43,211 nucleotides of DNA. Source: an uncultured Acidobacteriota bacterium. Lineage in GTDB: Bacteria > Acidobacteriota > UBA6911. Location: the NCBI GenBank assembly GCA_963827655.1, contig CAWHCF010000011.1:1-43211 (forward strand), given 5' to 3'. Positions 38,801 through 43,211 of the stretch are shown here, in pieces; positions within the stretch are counted from its first letter, which is position 1, and every line of letters begins with the position of its first letter. A program made the position numbers and the translations under genes. The notes below the pieces were generated by a model. It searched no databases, was not told the origin of the DNA, and saw only the letters and a program-made list of their open reading frames with translations.

Positions 38801-40000
38801 ATGATAGCCTTCGCTCGAACCTGTTTCGCACTGATCCTGCTCGCTCATTGCGCCGCGGCTGCCGACAAGGGCTTGGCCGATCTCGACGCCCTCCTCCGTT
38901 CGGCCGTGGAAAGCAAAGCCGTGCCCGGTGTCGTCGCCATGATCGCCACCCCGAAGGGCGTCGTCTACCGGCACGCCGCCGGCTTCGATTCCGAGGCTAT
39001 TTTCGCCATCGCCTCCATGACCAAGCCCATCACTTCAGTCGCGGTGATGCAGCTCGTCGAGGCCGGCAAGGTTAAACTCGACGCGCCCGCCTCCACCTAC
39101 CTGCCACAACTCGCCAAAACCCAGGTGCTCGAAGCCGGCGCCCTCCGGCCCGCCAAAAGTCCCATCACGGTCCGGCAGCTTTTGACTCACACCAGCGGTT
39201 TCGCCTACGAGTTTATGAACCGAGACCTGTTCGAATACGTGCGCCAGGGCAAGTCCCCAAGCTTCATGGCCGGAGGCGATGCGTTCCTCGCAGCGCCCCT
39301 CGTCTCCGATCCCGGAGCCCGCTGGGAGTATGGTATCAGCACCGACTGGCTCGGGAGACTCGTCGAGACGGTGAGTGGCCTTTCCCTCGAACAGTACTTC
39401 CGCCAGAACATCTTCGAGCCGCTCGGCATGCGCGATTCAAGCTTCAAAGTGCCCGTCGAAAAACAATCGCGTCTGGCCGGCGCTTACCGACGCAAGGACG
39501 ATGGGACTCTCGAGAAACAACCTTCGATCCCGCTTCCAGCCTCTGACTTCAACAGCGGCGGAGGGGGCGTCTATTCCACCGCGGCCGATTACCTCAGATT
39601 CACCCGTGCTCTCCTGTCCGGCGGCGAGCTCGAGGGCCGCCGGATCCTCAAAAAGTCATCCGTCGACATGATGGCTCGCAATCACATCGGCGACCTCACT
39701 GTCCGGCCCATGCCCATCCTCGTCCCTCAATTAGCCAAAGACGGCGCAACCCTCCCCGGCTCACTCGATAAGTTCGGACTCGGATTCGCCATTAACAGCA
39801 GCGCCATCCAAAATGGCCGCGGCGCAAGCACCATGTCCTGGGCCGGAATTTTCAACACGTTCTTCTGGGTCGATCGCGAAAAGAAAGTTTGCGTTGTCCT
39901 CATGACTCACATGTCCCCATTTCTCGATGACGGGCCGCGCAAGCTTCTCGAGGACTTCGATCGCGCGGTCTACGCTAACCTCGAATCGCTGCTCCGCTAG
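38801..40000 (+). CDS. Serine hydrolase, beta-lactamase/class C-like esterase family, secreted
   Basis: IASMTK (SxxK), LLTHTSG, PGARWEYG and SWAGIFNT. An AAGGA RBS and a signal peptide support ATG 38801. Confidence 0.9.
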   Translation: MIAFARTCFALILLAHCAAAADKGLADLDALLRSAVESKAVPGVVAMIATPKGVVYRHAAGFDSEAIFAIASMTKPITSVAVMQLVEAGKVKLDAPASTYLPQLAKTQVLEAGALRPAKSPITVRQLLTHTSGFAYEFMNRDLFEYVRQGKSPSFMAGGDAFLAAPLVSDPGARWEYGISTDWLGRLVETVSGLSLEQYFRQNIFEPLGMRDSSFKVPVEKQSRLAGAYRRKDDGTLEKQPSIPLPASDFNSGGGGVYSTAADYLRFTRALLSGGELEGRRILKKSSVDMMARNHIGDLTVRPMPILVPQLAKDGATLPGSLDKFGLGFAINSSAIQNGRGASTMSWAGIFNTFFWVDREKKVCVVLMTHMSPFLDDGPRKLLEDFDRAVYANLESLLR

Positions 40001-40054
40001 TGGATTGGCCCGGAGCCGATCCGTGCTCGCTCACTTCTGGATTGCGGCTATAAT

Positions 40055-43030
40055 GTGCCCTTCGCGACGCTTGACGAAGTTGTCAACGGAAGTGGGGTGC
40101 CAGTGCACGCGAGCGAAGAAGCTGGAATTCTTGGCCAGACGGCAAGGCTGTCTCCGAGCAAGATCCTGAATCCGGGAAATACAGGCCGCATCGAGGCGGA
40201 CGCACCAGTGCTGATTGTACTGGCCGCCGGTAAGGGGACGCGGTTCGGGCAGGCGCCGAAATGCGCGCAGCCGGTGGGCGGAACTCCCCTCGCCAGACAT
40301 TCGATCGATTCCTTCAAGAGCTTCAGCTCATCGCCTGCCGTTTGTGTCGTCGGCTATCGCCATGAGGAGGTCATCGCCGCGCTGGGCGACGACAACATTT
40401 TCGTGCTGTCGGACGATCAGACCGGCGGCACGGCTTTTGCTGCTTTCGAAGCATTCAGTCTCCCGCAGCTGGAACGCGATAACCTCTTGCTGGTCGTGAG
40501 CATGGGGGATCGAATCGTGACTGCATCGGTTTTCGCGAAGCTTTATGAAGCGCATCGCGCTGGAATTCGAGAAGCTGATCTGACGTTTCTGACCGCCATT
40601 TACGAACCGCCGAAGAATCGGGGCAAGGGCAGGATCATGCGCGACGCGGATCGCAGGGTGCTCGGAATCGTCGAACAAAGAGATATCGACGCGATTGCCG
40701 ATAGCAAGCTGCGCCACGTACTGGATTCCCTGACGGAAGGAAACTGCCCTCTGTATGCGATTCGTGCGCGGACGTTTCGCCGCTTCCTGGAAAAGCTGTC
40801 GAACGCCAACGCCCAACGACAGTATTACATCACCGACATCATAGAAAGCATCTCCCTTGGAGGTGGCGAAATCCGCACGGTCACGACGGCGGTCACGGAT
40901 CGCGAATACGATCTGCTGTGCTCGGATGTGACGAGTCCCATGGATCTGGCGCTGCTGGAAGGCACTCTGAGGTCCTTGAAAACTCGCGTCCAGATTCCGG
41001 TTGCCGGAGTGGAAGCCGTAGCGGATGCCATACGATCAGACCGGCCTGCCGGACAGGTGGCCTCGATCGCAGTCCAGCTCGAGGAGCTCGTCGAGACTGC
41101 GCTGCGCGAGGGACTGGATTTCAAAGACGATCAGCCGGCGGCTCTTGGTATTTCAGGAGGCCGCCTTCGCATCGCTTTCATGCATCCGGACATGGGCAGA
41201 TTCTTCGGGCCTGCCTGGCAGATGCCAATCGGAGCCAGGGACGCCTCGGGCAGAGAACAGATCGTCGTCCTGGTTCAGTGCGCCGACGACCGGCGGATCC
41301 ACCTGCATCCGACCAACCCGGAATTCCGTGAGAAGCTCAGCGCCATTGCGTCCGACAATGACTACATGTATCCCGGAGAAGAGGTCGCAGACTGGTACAG
41401 CTACGAAAGCTTCGGCACGCGGATGACCGAGAACCTGCTACTCTCGCTCGGCTACTTCACCGATGAAGAATTGGAAAGACGAAGGGAAAGCTCGCAACCG
41501 CTTCCACCCGCTTCTCTCTGGGTCAGCACCAACATGAGGAGACCATTCTCTCTGGTCGGAAATGCCATCGCCTCCCTGCGCACCGTCCGCCAAGGACACC
41601 TCGGAGCCAAGGTCCAGGCAGCCCTGGGGCGAGAAGGGTTTCGCGGGCTTCGTATCCTCTCGACGGGAAACATACCGAGGGGCGGGTTCGCCAGTTCTTC
41701 GGCCGTCACGGTGGCCACCAAAAATGCGATCAACGCTTTCTTCGACCTCGGGATCTGGCCCGACCTCCTGGTACATCTTTCCTGTCAGGCAGAGTATGGC
41801 ACCGGCGTCCGCGCCGGCTCGCTGGATCAGGCGACGGAACAGAAGGGTCAGGCCGGCCAGGGCACACTCATCTCCTCGAATCCGCGCGACAACTATCGAA
41901 CTCTCGCGACCTATCCGGTCCCTTTCAAGCGGTTTCGCCTTCTCTTCCCTTACTCGGTGGACCGGGACCGGGCCGCCTGGCAGTGGTCGGCCGGGATGTA
42001 TGCCGCGGAACCTGGCCCGGGAACGCAGACCACCGGGGAGATTCGCAAGATGACTGGCAAATCCGCCGAGCTGGCCGCAATTCTGCTAAGCCTGCCGCTC
42101 GACCACGATTTTTTCAAATACATCGAAAGTGATTTGATCTCGATTGGCAGCGTTACGTTGGCCGCTCGCCGATGGATCTACGAAATACTGAAGCAGCTGC
42201 CGCTGCTGATCTCACAAGAGGAACTCCGCCAGCGCATCCAGGGAAAAAGGGAGTGGCACATCGAGCAGCTCATGGGATTGGAGAGTATTGACCTTGCGAC
42301 AGCTGCCGAAAAGACCGATGTCACTTTCGCTTCGTTACTCGCGGGATGGCGCGATCCCCAGCTGCGGCGCACCACCGCGAGGGGCATAGTCGAAGAAACG
42401 GGCATCCCGCTTCGCGCCATGGTGGCTTACCTTTTCGGCGAGGTCGCCAAGAATTTTTACCTGATACATCATCCCGAAGAGTGGATCGCCTGGGTCTCCC
42501 GCTCCCAGTTGGGTGACCGCTGTTTCGAAATCGATCCCGATTGTCTCCCCGATCGGGAGGAGATGATGAAACAGATGGATTGGGAGAAAAACTTTTCGGG
42601 TAGCGTGCTCATGGCGGAATGGCTCCGGCGCTTCGACGCAAAACCTTTCGACTATAACCGGGGATTGGATGATGTCTCACTTTCAGTGGCTAACCCTCCG
42701 GACCTGCACCTCCTCGAAGGTGGCAGCTTTTTTCGCGGCCTCGCGCTGATCGATTTAGCCGAGGCGATGCTCAAGCGCGCATTTGGTCGAGACTCGGTTG
42801 CGGTACGGGTCAACGCGGCGGGTCAGGGAGATTTCTTTCAGGTGCACATTGATACCCTGAAGATCCAGATTGAAGACGTAAAGCAGTTCATTCGAAGCGC
42901 CTTTTACCGTCGTTTCTGCCTGGAACCGGAGCAGGAATTCGTGGAGACCCACCCTGGAGGTGGAGCCATAGGCGTGCGGCTGGAGCGGTTCGATCAACTC
43001 CGGGAACTCATTCGCGCCCTGAGTCTCTAG
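40055..43030 (+). CDS. Fusion of a GlmU-like sugar-1-phosphate nucleotidyltransferase and a GHMP (galactokinase-like) sugar kinase
   Basis: N-domain LAAGKGTRF..PK, GD, GRIMRD..IVEQRD and NANAQRQYYITD. C-domain GGR..H.D, GNIPRGGFASSSA, GVRAGSLDQ and RVNAAGQG. The start may be GTG 40097 or 40103, because TATAAT sits at 40049-40054. Confidence 0.78.
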   Translation: MPFATLDEVVNGSGVPVHASEEAGILGQTARLSPSKILNPGNTGRIEADAPVLIVLAAGKGTRFGQAPKCAQPVGGTPLARHSIDSFKSFSSSPAVCVVGYRHEEVIAALGDDNIFVLSDDQTGGTAFAAFEAFSLPQLERDNLLLVVSMGDRIVTASVFAKLYEAHRAGIREADLTFLTAIYEPPKNRGKGRIMRDADRRVLGIVEQRDIDAIADSKLRHVLDSLTEGNCPLYAIRARTFRRFLEKLSNANAQRQYYITDIIESISLGGGEIRTVTTAVTDREYDLLCSDVTSPMDLALLEGTLRSLKTRVQIPVAGVEAVADAIRSDRPAGQVASIAVQLEELVETALREGLDFKDDQPAALGISGGRLRIAFMHPDMGRFFGPAWQMPIGARDASGREQIVVLVQCADDRRIHLHPTNPEFREKLSAIASDNDYMYPGEEVADWYSYESFGTRMTENLLLSLGYFTDEELERRRESSQPLPPASLWVSTNMRRPFSLVGNAIASLRTVRQGHLGAKVQAALGREGFRGLRILSTGNIPRGGFASSSAVTVATKNAINAFFDLGIWPDLLVHLSCQAEYGTGVRAGSLDQATEQKGQAGQGTLISSNPRDNYRTLATYPVPFKRFRLLFPYSVDRDRAAWQWSAGMYAAEPGPGTQTTGEIRKMTGKSAELAAILLSLPLDHDFFKYIESDLISIGSVTLAARRWIYEILKQLPLLISQEELRQRIQGKREWHIEQLMGLESIDLATAAEKTDVTFASLLAGWRDPQLRRTTARGIVEETGIPLRAMVAYLFGEVAKNFYLIHHPEEWIAWVSRSQLGDRCFEIDPDCLPDREEMMKQMDWEKNFSGSVLMAEWLRRFDAKPFDYNRGLDDVSLSVANPPDLHLLEGGSFFRGLALIDLAEAMLKRAFGRDSVAVRVNAAGQGDFFQVHIDTLKIQIEDVKQFIRSAFYRRFCLEPEQEFVETHPGGGAIGVRLERFDQLRELIRALSL

Positions 43031-43034
43031 TGTC

Positions 43035-43084
43035 TAACAAATACCGCAAAGACTCAAAGACGTGAAGAAACACCAGAGAATCTT
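43035..43084 (+). repeat. 9-nt-periodic intergenic repeat copy
   Basis: taacaaataccgcaaagactcaaagacgtgaagaaacaccagagaatctt, similar to the copies at 4655, 6791 and 15513. Confidence 0.6.
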
Positions 43085-43102
43085 GTACGAGCTGCGCTTC
43101 AC

Positions 43103-43211
43103 TCAATTGGAACTCTGCCCCTGAGATCTCAGCAGCCTCCTGGCTTCTTCAAGAACAGCGTCTCGTCCCTGGCGCAGATCGGACAGAGTCAGTGGAACAA
43201 TGATATCCGGC
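43103..43211 (-). CDS. C-terminal end of a probable S41-family peptidase (partial, runs off the window)
   Basis: The minus strand reads PDIIVPLTLSDLRQGRDAVLEEARRLL..., which resembles the typical S41 C-terminal PDIxV...GRDxVLExA motif. Confidence 0.6.
   Translation of the reverse strand, partial: PDIIVPLTLSDLRQGRDAVLEEARRLLRSQGQSSN

Noticed and set aside
38801-40000. Antibiotic-resistance beta-lactamase call
   Set aside because: The motifs fit the broad serine hydrolase/esterase group (no KTG triad; WAG-type box), so resistance function is unsupported.

Overview
A GC-rich bacterial window that looks acidobacterial. This is inferred from gene content: an ADOP-type permease, a carboxypeptidase-regulatory-domain TonB receptor, CRTAC1/ASPIC-UnbV proteins, PVC-type CxxCH proteins and DUF1080. 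It has about 26 protein-coding genes and no rRNA, tRNA, CRISPR array or intact transposase that I can see. The genes are an MFS exporter, a Zn-metalloprotease, htrA-like protease plus trpS, two paralogous PVC-type heme dehydrogenase-like lipoproteins bracketing three Tat-signal enzymes plus DUF1080 and an IlvD/Edd dehydratase, pepP, an orphan MNT, LprI, a HEAT protein plus astacin-ricin protease, ADOP, a TonB/CRTAC1/CRTAC1/TPR locus, a serine hydrolase, and a 991-aa GlmU-type uridyltransferase/GHMP-kinase fusion. Five single-base frameshifts split four genes and look like assembly indels rather than pseudogenes. The strongest unusual signals are (1) the nucleotidyltransferase-kinase fusion, (2) a three-tier nested element (a 200-bp MITE inside a related MITE inside a GTAG-type REP doublet) at two loci, with an empty REP doublet at a third, and (3) a dispersed 9-nt-periodic intergenic repeat family. 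All family assignments come from reading motifs by eye; no database searches were run.
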